Positions 1-8,656 are shown, counted from the stretch's first letter. The stretch: 38,840 bases of DNA from Omnitrophica WOR_2 bacterium RIFCSPHIGHO2_02_FULL_67_20 (GCA_001805695.1 MHGT01000036.1:4146-42985), one strand, 5' to 3'. The notes: a model not told the origin generated them from the letters alone. Made by a program: numbers and translations.

Positions 1-522
1 GGGTTCGTGGTGGAGCGCGACGAGATCGGCCGCGCGACGATTACAGGCTATGCGCCGTCTACCGGGTACCGCGACTTCCGTGGATTGGGGTGGATCGCGC
101 TGATTACGCAGGATGTCAAAGCTGCGTTCGCCCCAGCGGAGCGGCTGAAAACGCTGCTGGTCGCGGTCGCGATGGGCACTGCCCTGTGCGTGATGGCGGC
201 CGTCTTGGTCGTCTCCAATCGCATGACACGCCCCATCGTCAACATGGCGCGCATCGCGGGTGAGGTGGCCCAGGGCAATTTCAGCGCGAGGATCGGCCGT
301 GCGGCCCACGATGAGCTGGGCGCCCTCGCGCGCGCGTTTGATCAGATGACGGAGCGTCTGGAGAAGAGCGTCGTCTCCCGGGATGCGCCGCTGAACGAGA
401 TCGCCGCGCGCACTGCGGTCGAAGCCGCCCGGCGCGAAAGCAACGCCCGCATTCTGGAGATGGAGAAGGAGGTCAACGCCCTCCTGCAGGAGCTCGGCCG
501 GCCGGCCAAATACAGCTCTTGA
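1..522 (+). CDS. Sensor protein fragment (Cache-like C-terminal part, TM helix, HAMP domain, short coiled coil); the 5' end runs off the window
   Basis: The frame is open from base 1. The HAMP-like segment RPIVNMARIAGEVAQGNFSARIGRAAHDELGALARAFDQMTERL follows a hydrophobic helix (LLVAVAMGTALCVMAAVLVV). The ORF ends about 50 aa after HAMP with no kinase, MCP or GGDEF output domain. Confidence 0.6.
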   Translation, partial: GFVVERDEIGRATITGYAPSTGYRDFRGLGWIALITQDVKAAFAPAERLKTLLVAVAMGTALCVMAAVLVVSNRMTRPIVNMARIAGEVAQGNFSARIGRAAHDELGALARAFDQMTERLEKSVVSRDAPLNEIAARTAVEAARRESNARILEMEKEVNALLQELGRPAKYSS

Positions 523-535
523 TAGGCGTAAATTT

Positions 536-692
536 TTAGTTGAAGAGAAGGGCACGTTTGAGGCACAATGGTTTGGCCGGACCCGCGGGGGCTACGGCGT
601 GATCGTCGCCTCGCGGGCGGAGTTGCTCGGACAGACGGTGCCGGTGCGATTGACCCGGGGTACAGGACATACCTTATTCGGGGAGCTCGCAT
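536..692 (+). pseudogene. Relic of the C-terminal TRAM domain of a MiaB-like methylthiotransferase (no start codon, no radical-SAM core)
   Basis: The frame-2 translation FLVEEKGTFEAQWFGRTRGGYGVIVASRAELLGQTVPVRLTRGTGHTLFGELA follows the MiaB/RimO TRAM pattern (LVE...GRT...V.F....iG.fv.V.it.....L.Ge). There is no ATG/GTG/TTG upstream in frame, and the frame runs on into miaA. Confidence 0.45.
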
Positions 693-1649
693 ATGTCGAG
701 AGTCGTAGCACTTGTCGGCCCGACCGCGGTGGGGAAGTCCGCCATCGCGGTGGAGCTGGCGCAGTCGCTCGACGCCGAGATCGTCTCCTGCGACTCGATG
801 CAGGTGTACCGGCAGGCAGCCGGCCTCACGCAGTCGCCCACCCACGCCCATCGCGTCCAAGTCCAGCACCACCTGATTGACTGCATCGAGCCCACCGAGG
901 ATTTCAGCGTCGGGGAGTACCGCCGGATGGCGGCCCCGGTCATCGACCGGCTCCTCTCGCACGGCAAGCGCGCCCTCGTGGTCGGCGGCACCGGCCTCTA
1001 CCTGCGCTCGCTCACCGAGGGGCTGTGCGACGCGCCGCCGGCGGACGTCAAGGTCCGCGAGCAGCTCTGGAGCGAGTGCCACAACATCGGCAGCGTGAAG
1101 CTCTACAACCGGCTGCGCGGTGTCGACTCGGCCGCGGCCGCGCGCATCCACCGCAACGACGCCCGGCGCATCATCCGCGCGCTCGAGGTGTACGCGCTCA
1201 CCGGCCGGCCGATCTCCAACTGGTGGCGGCAGGCGAGCGCCGAGCTGCTGCAGGGGCAGGTGACGGTCATCGGGCTGACCCGGGAACGGGACGAGCTCTA
1301 CAAGCGGATCGACGAGCGGCTCCTGCGGATGGTCTACGAGGAGGGGGTCATCAACGAGGTGCGCGCCCTCCTGCGCCTGCCGCTCTCCCGGACCGTAAGA
1401 CAAGTGCACGGCCTCTCGGACATCGAACGCTACCTCAAGGGCGCGGTCAGCCTGAAGGAGACGATTGACATCTGGCAGCAGCGCGTGCGCAACTACGCGA
1501 AGCGCCAGCTCACCTGGTTCCGCGGCACCCCGAACATCCAATGGCTGACCATTTCCCCCGACGAGCACCCCTGGGAAACCGCCGAGCGCGTCAAGGAGCT
1601 CATCCGGCGCGCGCACCCGCAGAACGCCGCCGCCGGGCAGCCGATCTGA
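693..1649 (+). CDS. miaA: tRNA dimethylallyltransferase
   Basis: N-terminal P-loop VALVGPTAVGKSAIAVELA followed by EIVSCDSMQVYR, with typical MiaA length and layout. Confidence 0.95.
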   Translation: MSRVVALVGPTAVGKSAIAVELAQSLDAEIVSCDSMQVYRQAAGLTQSPTHAHRVQVQHHLIDCIEPTEDFSVGEYRRMAAPVIDRLLSHGKRALVVGGTGLYLRSLTEGLCDAPPADVKVREQLWSECHNIGSVKLYNRLRGVDSAAAARIHRNDARRIIRALEVYALTGRPISNWWRQASAELLQGQVTVIGLTRERDELYKRIDERLLRMVYEEGVINEVRALLRLPLSRTVRQVHGLSDIERYLKGAVSLKETIDIWQQRVRNYAKRQLTWFRGTPNIQWLTISPDEHPWETAERVKELIRRAHPQNAAAGQPI

Positions 1650-1760
1650 GCCGCGGCGCGAGCGCCCCGGCGCCAGGCGTCCGCCACATCCTGATCGTTT
1701 CTCTCCGCACGCTGCCAGCCATTTGCAGGTGCACCCCCAGCCCTGCACGGCCTCTTGTTA

Positions 1761-3032
1761 ATGCCCGCTGAGCGCGCCGTCCTCGTCACCGTCCAGCTGG
1801 ACCCGCGCTTCTCGAAAGGGCGCGGGCCATTCTGGCCGCTCGCCGACGAAGCGGACGAGCTGAAGGAGCTTGCGCGCTCCGCCGGATGCGACGTGGTGGC
1901 CGAGCTGAGCGTGCGGCGCCACCAGCCGATCGCCGGCACGTTCCTCGGCGGCGGCAAGCTCGACGAGGTGGCGGCGCTGGCCGCGGAGCGGCAGGGCCAG
2001 ACGGTCATCTTCAGCCAGGAGCTCTCGCCCGGCCAGCAGCGCAACATCGAGGAGCTGGTGGGCGCGAAGACGCTCGACCGCACCCAGCTCATCCTGGACA
2101 TCTTCGCCCAGCGCGCCCGCTCGCAGGAGGGCAAGGTGCAGGTGGAGCTGGCCCAGCTGCGCTACCTCCTGCCGCGCCTCGTGGGGAAGGGCATCATGCT
2201 CTCGCGTCTGGGCGGCGGCATCGGCACGCGCGGCCCGGGCGAGCAGAAGCTGGAGGTGGACCGCCGGCGCATCCGCATGCGCATCCAGCGCCTCGCGGGC
2301 GAGCTGGAACAGCTGGGCGCGCGGCGCTCGGCGATGCGCGCGCGCCGGCGCGAAACCGAGACCCCGGTCGTGGCGCTCGTCGGCTACACGAACGCGGGCA
2401 AGACCACCCTGCTCAACCGGCTCACGGGCTCGGCCGCGACGGCCAGCAATCAGCTCTTCACGACGCTCGACCCGCTCGCGCGGCGCGTGCGCCTGCCGAG
2501 CGGCGAGACGTTCCTCCTGACCGACACCGTGGGCTTTCTCCACCACCTGCCGCACCACCTGATCGAAGCCTTCAAGGCGACGCTCGAGGAGGCGCGCGAC
2601 GCGGACGTGCTCCTGCACGTCCTCGACGCCAGCCATCCGCTCGCGGCCGAGCACGCGCAGGCGGTCGAGGAGGTGCTCAAGGCGCTCGGCCTGACGGAGA
2701 AGCCGGTGGTGACGGCGCTGAACAAGCGCGACCAGGTCGAGGATGCGCAGCGCCTCACAGCCCTGGAGCGGGTGTACGCCCCGGCGGCCGCCATCTCCGC
2801 CAAGACCGGGGAGGGATTGGACCGCCTCGGCGAGCTGCTCACCGGCAGCCTGGCCTCGCTCCTCATCGAGCCGGTCCGGCTCCGGATCCCGGCCGAGCAT
2901 GCCGACCTTGTGGCCTCGGTCTACCAGCGCGGACAGGTGCTCCGGCGCCGGGAAGTTGACGGCACGATTGAGCTGCTCGCCAGGCTTCCGGCCAAGCTTC
3001 GCTCCTCGCTCGCCCCCTATCTTCTTGCTTGA
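1761..3032 (+). CDS. hflX: GTPase HflX
   Basis: HflX N-domain motif QLILDIFAQRARSQEGKVQVELAQLRYLLPRL and GTPase motifs GYTNAGKTTL, DTVGF, NKRD. A TTG at 1755 is an alternative start. Confidence 0.93.
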   Translation: MPAERAVLVTVQLDPRFSKGRGPFWPLADEADELKELARSAGCDVVAELSVRRHQPIAGTFLGGGKLDEVAALAAERQGQTVIFSQELSPGQQRNIEELVGAKTLDRTQLILDIFAQRARSQEGKVQVELAQLRYLLPRLVGKGIMLSRLGGGIGTRGPGEQKLEVDRRRIRMRIQRLAGELEQLGARRSAMRARRRETETPVVALVGYTNAGKTTLLNRLTGSAATASNQLFTTLDPLARRVRLPSGETFLLTDTVGFLHHLPHHLIEAFKATLEEARDADVLLHVLDASHPLAAEHAQAVEEVLKALGLTEKPVVTALNKRDQVEDAQRLTALERVYAPAAAISAKTGEGLDRLGELLTGSLASLLIEPVRLRIPAEHADLVASVYQRGQVLRRREVDGTIELLARLPAKLRSSLAPYLLA

Positions 3033-3057
3033 CAAGGCACCCCGCTTCCAGTAAACT
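3029..3057 (+). promoter_or_regulatory. Sigma70-type promoter of the hrcA-grpE-dnaK operon
   Basis: TTGACA (3029-3034), a 17-nt spacer, then TAAACT (3052-3057). It lies immediately upstream of CIRCE. Confidence 0.7.
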
Positions 3058-3062
3058 TCGAA

Positions 3063-3089
3063 TTAGCACTCATCAATATAGAGTGCTAA
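3063..3089. promoter_or_regulatory. CIRCE operator (HrcA binding site)
   Basis: Perfect consensus TTAGCACTC-N9-GAGTGCTAA, 14 nt upstream of the hrcA ATG. Confidence 0.95.
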
Positions 3090-3102
3090 CAGAGGTAGCG
3101 GC

Positions 3103-4152
3103 ATGAGCGTAACTGACTTTGAGCAAAGGAGAAAGGAAATCCTCGGGCTCATCATCGAGGCGTACGTATTGAGCGCCTCGCCGGTGGGCTCGGAGCTCGT
3201 GTCCAAGAAGCTCCGCTCAAGCCTGAGTTCAGCCACCATCCGCAACATCATGGTGGAGCTGGAAAAGTCCGGCTACCTGGAGCAGCCGCACACCTCCGCG
3301 GGGCGCGTGCCGACCGACCGGGGCTACCGCTTCTACGTGGACGCGGTGATGGATACGGCCCACCTGTCTCCGGACGAGCTGCGGCAGATTGAGGTACTCA
3401 TCCAGCCCCCGGAGCTTGATGTGGAACAGCTCCTCCAGCGCGCGAGCGGCGTCCTGGCCGGGCTGACCGAGCAGGCGGCCTTCGCCGTGTCGCCCACGGT
3501 GAAGCAGCGCACCGTGAAGCAGATTGAGTTGATGCCGCTCGGGGTGCGCAAAATCCTGTGCGTGCTGGTGGCCAACGAAGAGATGATCGCCTCGCACGTG
3601 GTCGAAATCGAAGAGCCCATGAGCCGCGACGAGGCGGCCGCGCTCGGCCGCTTCCTGAATACGGAGCTGGCCGGCCTCGCCTTCAGCGAACTGCTGAATT
3701 CGCTGGAGCGCCGGATGCTGGCCGAAAGCGACTCGTTCTACCACCTCGTGAAGCGGTCGCTCGGCATCCTCCAGCATGCGCTCTCGAGCGAGCCCAACGA
3801 CCGGCTGTATCTGGAGGGTGCCAGCTACGTCGTGGCCCAGCCGGAGTTCAGCCGCCACCCGCGCAAGGCGCATGAGCTCCTCAAGGGGCTCGATAACGAG
3901 CAGACGCTGCTGGAGCGCATCCGGCAGGACATCGCCCCCGAGGGGGTGCAGGTGCGCATCGGCCGCGAGGTGCAGCTGCCCGGGCTCGAGGAGTGCAGCT
4001 ACCTGACCGCGCCCTGCGCCATCGGCGAGGAGATCGTCGGCGGGCTCGGGGTGCTGGGGCCGAAGCGGATGTCGTACCGGCGCATGCGCGCGCTCGTCGA
4101 GGGCATGGCGCGCTGCGTGACGAACCTCCTGACCCAATGGGACACCCGATAA
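3103..4152 (+). CDS. hrcA: Heat-inducible transcription repressor HrcA
   Basis: N-terminal wHTH (ILGLIIEAYVLSASPVGSELVSKKL...SSATIRNIMVELEKSGYLEQPHTSAGRVPTDRGYRFYVD), ~349 aa, preceded by CIRCE and followed by grpE-dnaK. Confidence 0.95.
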   Translation: MSVTDFEQRRKEILGLIIEAYVLSASPVGSELVSKKLRSSLSSATIRNIMVELEKSGYLEQPHTSAGRVPTDRGYRFYVDAVMDTAHLSPDELRQIEVLIQPPELDVEQLLQRASGVLAGLTEQAAFAVSPTVKQRTVKQIELMPLGVRKILCVLVANEEMIASHVVEIEEPMSRDEAAALGRFLNTELAGLAFSELLNSLERRMLAESDSFYHLVKRSLGILQHALSSEPNDRLYLEGASYVVAQPEFSRHPRKAHELLKGLDNEQTLLERIRQDIAPEGVQVRIGREVQLPGLEECSYLTAPCAIGEEIVGGLGVLGPKRMSYRRMRALVEGMARCVTNLLTQWDTR

Positions 4153-4263
4153 GCACAGAAACACAGAAGGCGGAGAAGACGATGCACACCACAGAGACAC
4201 AGAACAGCAACATCACAACTGCTTCTCTCTGTGTTTCTGTGGATTTCTGTGTTTCTGTGGTGC
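4153..4263. repeat. Nested imperfect hairpin built from ~8-bp CACAGAAA-type units and their complement
   Basis: CACAGAAACACAGAA (4154-4168) is the exact reverse complement of TTCTGTGTTTCTGTG (4245-4259). The inner arm CCACAGAGACACAGAA pairs with TTCTCTCTGTGTTTCTGTGG. The element fills the hrcA-grpE spacer. Confidence 0.85.
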
Positions 4264-4270
4264 GAGTTGG

Positions 4271-4957
4271 ATGATGGGGCACAAGCACGAGGGCGACCGC
4301 GCCAAGCCGGTGCCCGAGCCGAAGCACCCCACCCACGGCGGCCTCGGCGACCCCGGCCCACAGGATGGGGGAGGGCCGGCCGGGGAGGCCGAAGGCCGAA
4401 GCACGCCGCGCGCAGGCAACACCGCTGAGTTGGAGCGGCTGACGCAGGAGGCGGCACAGGCCAAGGACCAGTACCTGCGGATGCTGGCCGACGTCGAGAA
4501 CACGAGGAAGCGGCTGCAGCGGGAGAAGGAGGAGTTTGCCCGGTTCGCGGCCGAGACGGTGGTGCGCGCCCTGCTGCCCATCCTGGACAGCCTGGACCAG
4601 GCGCTCGTCGCGGTGGACCGGAAGAGCGACGCGGATGCGGTCGTGAAGGGCGTCCACCTCATCCACCGCCAGCTGCATGGCGTCCTGGAGAAGGAGGGGG
4701 TCAGGCGGATCCCCACCGTCGGCGAGCCGTTCGACCCGCACCGGCATGAGGCGGTGGCCCAGGTCGAAGCGGACGGTATGGCGGATGACACGATTGTGGA
4801 AGAGGTGCAGGCGGGCTATACGATGAGCGGGAAAATGATTCGGCCCGCGATAGTGAAGGTGGCGAAAGCAAAGGAAGAGCGTTCTGGGTTGGGGGTTGAG
4901 GGTTCGGGGCAAATGCCCAGAACCCCGAACCCCGAACCCCGAACCGAGTCGGATTAA
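4271..4957 (+). CDS. grpE: Nucleotide exchange factor GrpE (C-terminal ~25 aa are translated from a repeat element)
   Basis: LRMLADVENTRKRLQREKEE and the C-terminal GYTMSGKMIRPAIVKV are typical GrpE. The ORF then reads through the 4881-4945 heptad hairpin. Confidence 0.93.
   Translation: MMGHKHEGDRAKPVPEPKHPTHGGLGDPGPQDGGGPAGEAEGRSTPRAGNTAELERLTQEAAQAKDQYLRMLADVENTRKRLQREKEEFARFAAETVVRALLPILDSLDQALVAVDRKSDADAVVKGVHLIHRQLHGVLEKEGVRRIPTVGEPFDPHRHEAVAQVEADGMADDTIVEEVQAGYTMSGKMIRPAIVKVAKAKEERSGLGVEGSGQMPRTPNPEPRTESD
4881..4945. repeat. Heptad-array hairpin: four GTTNNGG units, an AAAT loop, four CCCNGAA units
   Basis: GTTCTGG GTTGGGG GTTGAGG GTTCGGG GC-AAAT-G CCCAGAA CCCCGAA CCCCGAA CCCCGAA. 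The arms are ~25/30 complementary. Confidence 0.85.
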
Positions 4958-4969
4958 GGAGGTCTCTCA

Positions 4970-6850
4970 ATGGCAAAGGTGATCGGCATCGACTTGGGAA
5001 CATCGAACTCCGCCTGCGCCGTGATGGAGCAGGGCCGGCCGGCGATCATTCCGTCGGCGGAAGGCACGAGCGTAGGCGGCAAAGCGTTTCCGTCCTACGT
5101 GGCATTCACGAAGGACGGGCAGCTGCTGGTCGGGGAGCCGGCCCGCCGCCAGGCCGCGACCAACCCGGAGGGGACGGTGCAGGCGGCCAAGCGGAAGATG
5201 GGGACCGACCACGTGTACCGCATCTACGGCAAGGAGTACACGCCGCAGCAGATTTCCGCCTTCATCCTGCAGAAGGTGAAGCGGGACGCGGAGGCCCACC
5301 TCGGCGAGCCGGTGAAGGAAGTCGTCATCACCGTGCCCGCCTACTTCAACGACAACCAGCGCCAGGCGACCAAGGACGCGGGCGCGATCGCGGGCCTGGA
5401 GGTGCTGCGGATCGTGAACGAGCCGACCGCCGCGTGCCTCGCCTACGGCCTCGACAAGGCGGCGAAGGAGCAGAAGATCCTCGTCTTCGACCTGGGCGGC
5501 GGCACGCTCGATGTGACCATCATGGACATGGCCCAGGGGGTCTTCGAGGTCAAGGCGACGAGCGGCGATACCCAACTGGGCGGCACCGATATGGACCTCT
5601 CACTCGTGGACTACATCGCCTCCGAGTTCAAGAAGGAGACGGGGATCGACGCGCGCAACGACCGGGTGGCGGCCCAGCGCATCCGCGAGGCGGCGGAGAA
5701 GGCGAAGATCGAGCTCTCGAACGTCATCGAGACCGACCTGAACTTGCCCTTCATCACCGCGGATGCCTCCGGGCCGAAGCACCTCACCATGACGCTGACG
5801 CGCGCGACGCTCGAGCGGTTGATCGAACCCATCATCAGCCGCTGCCGCGGCCCGATCGAACGGGCGCTGGGCGACGCGAAGCTCAAGCCCTCGGACATCG
5901 ACCGCATCATCCTCGTCGGCGGCCCCACCCGCATGCCCATCGTTCAGCGGTTCGTCGAGGAGGCGGTCGGCAAGAAGGTGGAGCGGGGGGTGGACCCGAT
6001 GGAGTGCGTCGCGATGGGCGCCGCCGTCCAGGCGGGGATCATGAAGGGCGAAGTGAAGGACGTCCTCCTGCTCGACGTGACGCCGCTCTCGATGGGCATC
6101 GAGACGCTGGGCGGCGTGTTCACCAAGCTCATCGAGCGCAACACGACGGTGCCCACCCGCAAGAGCCAGGTCTTCTCGACGGCGGACGACAACCAGTCGG
6201 CGGTGACGATCCGGGTGCTCCAGGGCGAGCGGCCGATGGCCTCCGACAACGTGGAGCTGGGCCGGTTCGACCTGATCGGCATCCCGCCGGCACCCCGCGG
6301 CGTGCCGCAGGTCGAGGTGGCGTTCGACATCGACGCGAACGGCATCGTGCACGTCTCGGCCAAGGACCTCGGGACCGGCAAGGAGCAGTCGATCAAGATC
6401 ACCGCGCCCGAGAAGCTCTCGAAGGACGAGATCGAGAAGATGGTCAAGCAAGCGGAGCAGTTCGCCGAGGCGGATAAAAGCCGCAAGGAGCTGGCCGAGG
6501 CGAAGAACCAGGCGGACCAGCTCGTCTACGCGACCGAGAAGAGCCTGAAGGAGCTGGGCGACAAGGCGGGCCAGTCGGAGCGCCTGGCGATCGAGCAGGC
6601 AAGCCGCGACCTCAAGGACGCCCTCAAGTCGGACGACCTGGCGAAGATCAAGCGGGCGACCGAATCGCTCATGCAGGTTTCGCACAAGCTGGCGGAGGAA
6701 GTGTATAAGAAGGGGCAGGGGGCAAAGGGCGGGGGGCAGGGGGCGGGGGAACGCGGACCGCAGGCCCCGGAAGAGCCCGCCCAGCAGGCCGGCGGGAAGG
6801 ACGATAAGGTCGTGGACGCGGAGTTCAAGGTTAAGGATGAGGGGAAGTGA
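4970..6850 (+). CDS. dnaK: Molecular chaperone DnaK (Hsp70)
   Basis: [19 protein letters not shown] and VGGPTRMP motifs over the full length. An AAGGAGG RBS lies at 4956-4962. Confidence 0.98.
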   Translation: MAKVIGIDLGTSNSACAVMEQGRPAIIPSAEGTSVGGKAFPSYVAFTKDGQLLVGEPARRQAATNPEGTVQAAKRKMGTDHVYRIYGKEYTPQQISAFILQKVKRDAEAHLGEPVKEVVITVPAYFNDNQRQATKDAGAIAGLEVLRIVNEPTAACLAYGLDKAAKEQKILVFDLGGGTLDVTIMDMAQGVFEVKATSGDTQLGGTDMDLSLVDYIASEFKKETGIDARNDRVAAQRIREAAEKAKIELSNVIETDLNLPFITADASGPKHLTMTLTRATLERLIEPIISRCRGPIERALGDAKLKPSDIDRIILVGGPTRMPIVQRFVEEAVGKKVERGVDPMECVAMGAAVQAGIMKGEVKDVLLLDVTPLSMGIETLGGVFTKLIERNTTVPTRKSQVFSTADDNQSAVTIRVLQGERPMASDNVELGRFDLIGIPPAPRGVPQVEVAFDIDANGIVHVSAKDLGTGKEQSIKITAPEKLSKDEIEKMVKQAEQFAEADKSRKELAEAKNQADQLVYATEKSLKELGDKAGQSERLAIEQASRDLKDALKSDDLAKIKRATESLMQVSHKLAEEVYKKGQGAKGGGQGAGERGPQAPEEPAQQAGGKDDKVVDAEFKVKDEGK

Positions 6851-6885
6851 TTCCCGTGGCGTCTGACACCGGTGGGAGGGGGTAC

Positions 6886-7314
6886 ATGAACCTGAAGGCA
6901 TGGGCGAAGGCGACGCTCGGGGCGTTCGTCGCGATCTTTGCGGCGGAGTTTCTCATCCACCACGTCTGGCTGGGCGGGTTCTACAAGGCGCACGCGGTCT
7001 GGTGGCGCCCCGCGGCGCAGATGGGGCCGATGATGCCGCTGATGTTCGCGGCTCAGCTCGTGCTAGCGGCACTCCTCACCGTTGTGTACGCCAAGGGCTA
7101 TGAGCCGGGCAAGGGCGGGGCGGGGCAGGGGTTCCGTTTCGGCGTCCTCATCGGGCTCCTGTTGATGCTCCCCTGCAGCCTGATGAACGCCGTCATCTAC
7201 CCGTACCCGATGTCGCTCATCGTCAACTGGCTCGTCGGCGGCCTGGCCGAGATTGCGCTTGCCGGCGCGGTGATTGGGGCGCTGTATAAGCCTGGGAAGC
7301 AACAGGGAGGTTAG
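6886..7314 (+). CDS. Small multi-pass membrane protein of unknown function (possibly DUF1761-like)
   Basis: Four hydrophobic segments. The ATG at 6886 is preceded by GGGAGGGGG. The gene lies between dnaK and dnaJ. The family assignment is from memory only. Confidence 0.55.
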   Translation: MNLKAWAKATLGAFVAIFAAEFLIHHVWLGGFYKAHAVWWRPAAQMGPMMPLMFAAQLVLAALLTVVYAKGYEPGKGGAGQGFRFGVLIGLLLMLPCSLMNAVIYPYPMSLIVNWLVGGLAEIALAGAVIGALYKPGKQQGG

Positions 7315-7425
7315 CGCGTTGGCGGGTTTGCGGGTTTGCGCGTTCGAGATCGACACCATGAGGACATCTCGGGAGAAAGCAGCCGGCGTATCCGCTTAGT
7401 TCCGGCAAGACTGATTTGAAACGTG

Positions 7426-8556
7426 ATGCCGACGACGAAACGCGACTACTACGAAATCCTCGGGGTGCAGAAGAGCGCCACGCTTGACGAGATCAAGCGG
7501 GCGTACCGCCAGCTGGCGCTGAAGCACCACCCGGACCGGGTGGGGGCTGAGCACAAGAAAGAGGCCGAGGAGAAGTTCAAGGAAATCTCCGAGGCCTACG
7601 CCGTCCTCTCCGATGCGCAGAAGCGCTCGGTCTATGACCAATACGGCCACACGCCAGGTTTTGACCAGCGCTACTCGACCGAGGACATCTTCCGCAACGC
7701 CGACTTCTCGAGCATCTTCGAGGACCTCGGCCTGGGCGGCTCGTTCTTCGAGGGCCTCTTTGGGGGCGGCGCTCTGGGGGCGGGGCGCGGCGCTCGCGGC
7801 TCGGACCTCGAGATGGAGCTGCCGCTCACGTTCGAGGAGGCCGCCCGCGGGACGACGAAGATGGTCACCGTGCCGCGGCGCGAGCTCTGCCACGAGTGCC
7901 GCGGCGAAGGCGGCGAGCGCGCGGCCTGCTCGACCTGCCGCGGGACCGGGCAGATCCGCCAGTCGGCCGGGTTCATGGTCATCGCGCGCACGTGCAACCG
8001 GTGCGGTGGGCAGGGCGGCACGGTCAAGAAAGCCTGCCCGGCCTGCCGGGGGAGCGGCCGCGTGGCGGTCGAGCGCCGGATTGAGGTCCGGGTGCCGGCC
8101 GGTATCGAGTCGGGCATGCGCCTCCGGCTGGCCGGCGAAGGCGAGGCGGGCCCGCGGGCCCGCGGCGATCTCTACGTCCACCTGACCGTCAAACCGCACC
8201 CGCTGTTCCGGCGGGAGGGGCCGCACCTGATCCTCGAGTACCCGGCGAGTATCGCGCAGGCCGCGCTGGGCGCCGAGGTGGAGCTGCCCACGATGAACGG
8301 CCGGGTGTCGATGAAGATCCCGCCGGGGACGCAGAGCGGCACGGTGTTCCGGGTGCGGGGCAAGGGGCTGCCCGACGTGCAGGAGCGGGGGGGGACGGGC
8401 GATCTCCTCGTGCGGGTGAGCGTCGAGACGCCAACGAACCTGACCGGCGCCCAGCGCAAGGCGTTCGAGGAGCTCTTCCGCGCGCTGGGCGACGACGCGC
8501 ACCCCGCGCGGAGGTCGTTCTTGGCGAAACTCAAGGAGTTGATCAAGCAGCGTTGA
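7426..8556 (+). CDS. dnaJ: Co-chaperone DnaJ
   Basis: J-domain DYYEILGV...HPD, a G/F-rich linker, and four CxxCxGxG zinc motifs ([32 protein letters not shown]). Confidence 0.97.
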   Translation: MPTTKRDYYEILGVQKSATLDEIKRAYRQLALKHHPDRVGAEHKKEAEEKFKEISEAYAVLSDAQKRSVYDQYGHTPGFDQRYSTEDIFRNADFSSIFEDLGLGGSFFEGLFGGGALGAGRGARGSDLEMELPLTFEEAARGTTKMVTVPRRELCHECRGEGGERAACSTCRGTGQIRQSAGFMVIARTCNRCGGQGGTVKKACPACRGSGRVAVERRIEVRVPAGIESGMRLRLAGEGEAGPRARGDLYVHLTVKPHPLFRREGPHLILEYPASIAQAALGAEVELPTMNGRVSMKIPPGTQSGTVFRVRGKGLPDVQERGGTGDLLVRVSVETPTNLTGAQRKAFEELFRALGDDAHPARRSFLAKLKELIKQR

Positions 8557-8656
8557 GCCGGTTTTGCCCGTTATGCCGGTTGGCCCGTTAGAGCCGGTTC
8601 GGTACCAACGGGCTCAACGGGCTCAACGGGCCCAACGGGCTCAACGGGCCAACGGA
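8551..8656. repeat. 9-bp-unit palindromic array, GCCCGTT/GCCGGTT family, copy 1 of 4
   Basis: gagccggtt ttgcccgtt atgccggtt ggcccgtta gagccggtt cggtacc aacgggc tcaacgggc tcaacgggc ccaacgggc tcaacgggc caacgg. The dnaJ stop codon (8554-8556) lies inside the first unit. Confidence 0.9.

Noticed and set aside
599-880. ORF 599-880 as a real 93-aa protein
   Set aside because: Only its first ~30 residues look protein-like (the TRAM tail). The rest is an out-of-frame overlap with miaA. It is better explained as a relic whose frame happens to stay open.
1650-1760. Expected hfq between miaA and hflX (common proteobacterial order miaA-hfq-hflX)
   Set aside because: The gap is only ~105 bp, with no ORF resembling the Sm-fold Hfq N-terminus in any frame.
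1886-2959. Alternate-frame + strand ORFs (1886-2959, 5434-6477, 7613-8185, 13614-14297, 26754-27518 and others)
   Set aside because: They are out-of-frame overlaps of hflX, dnaK, dnaJ, GGDEF and dehydrogenase genes. Their low-complexity Arg/Pro/Gly/Ala composition shows no motifs.
4881-4945. Telomere-like repeat (GGGGTT/CCCCGAA) indicating a linear replicon end
   Set aside because: It is located inside an intact grpE-dnaK operon, has only four units per arm and is arranged as a hairpin. This is the same architecture as the other intergenic arrays.
4958-7425. Additional CIRCE copies in front of dnaK or dnaJ
   Set aside because: No TTAGCACTC-N9-GAGTGCTAA-like sequence is seen there. The only CIRCE is at 3063-3089.
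8551-8656. CRISPR array as an explanation for the short periodic repeats
   Set aside because: The units are 7-9 bp and contiguous, with no spacers. The second half of each array is the reverse complement of the first. No cas genes are present.
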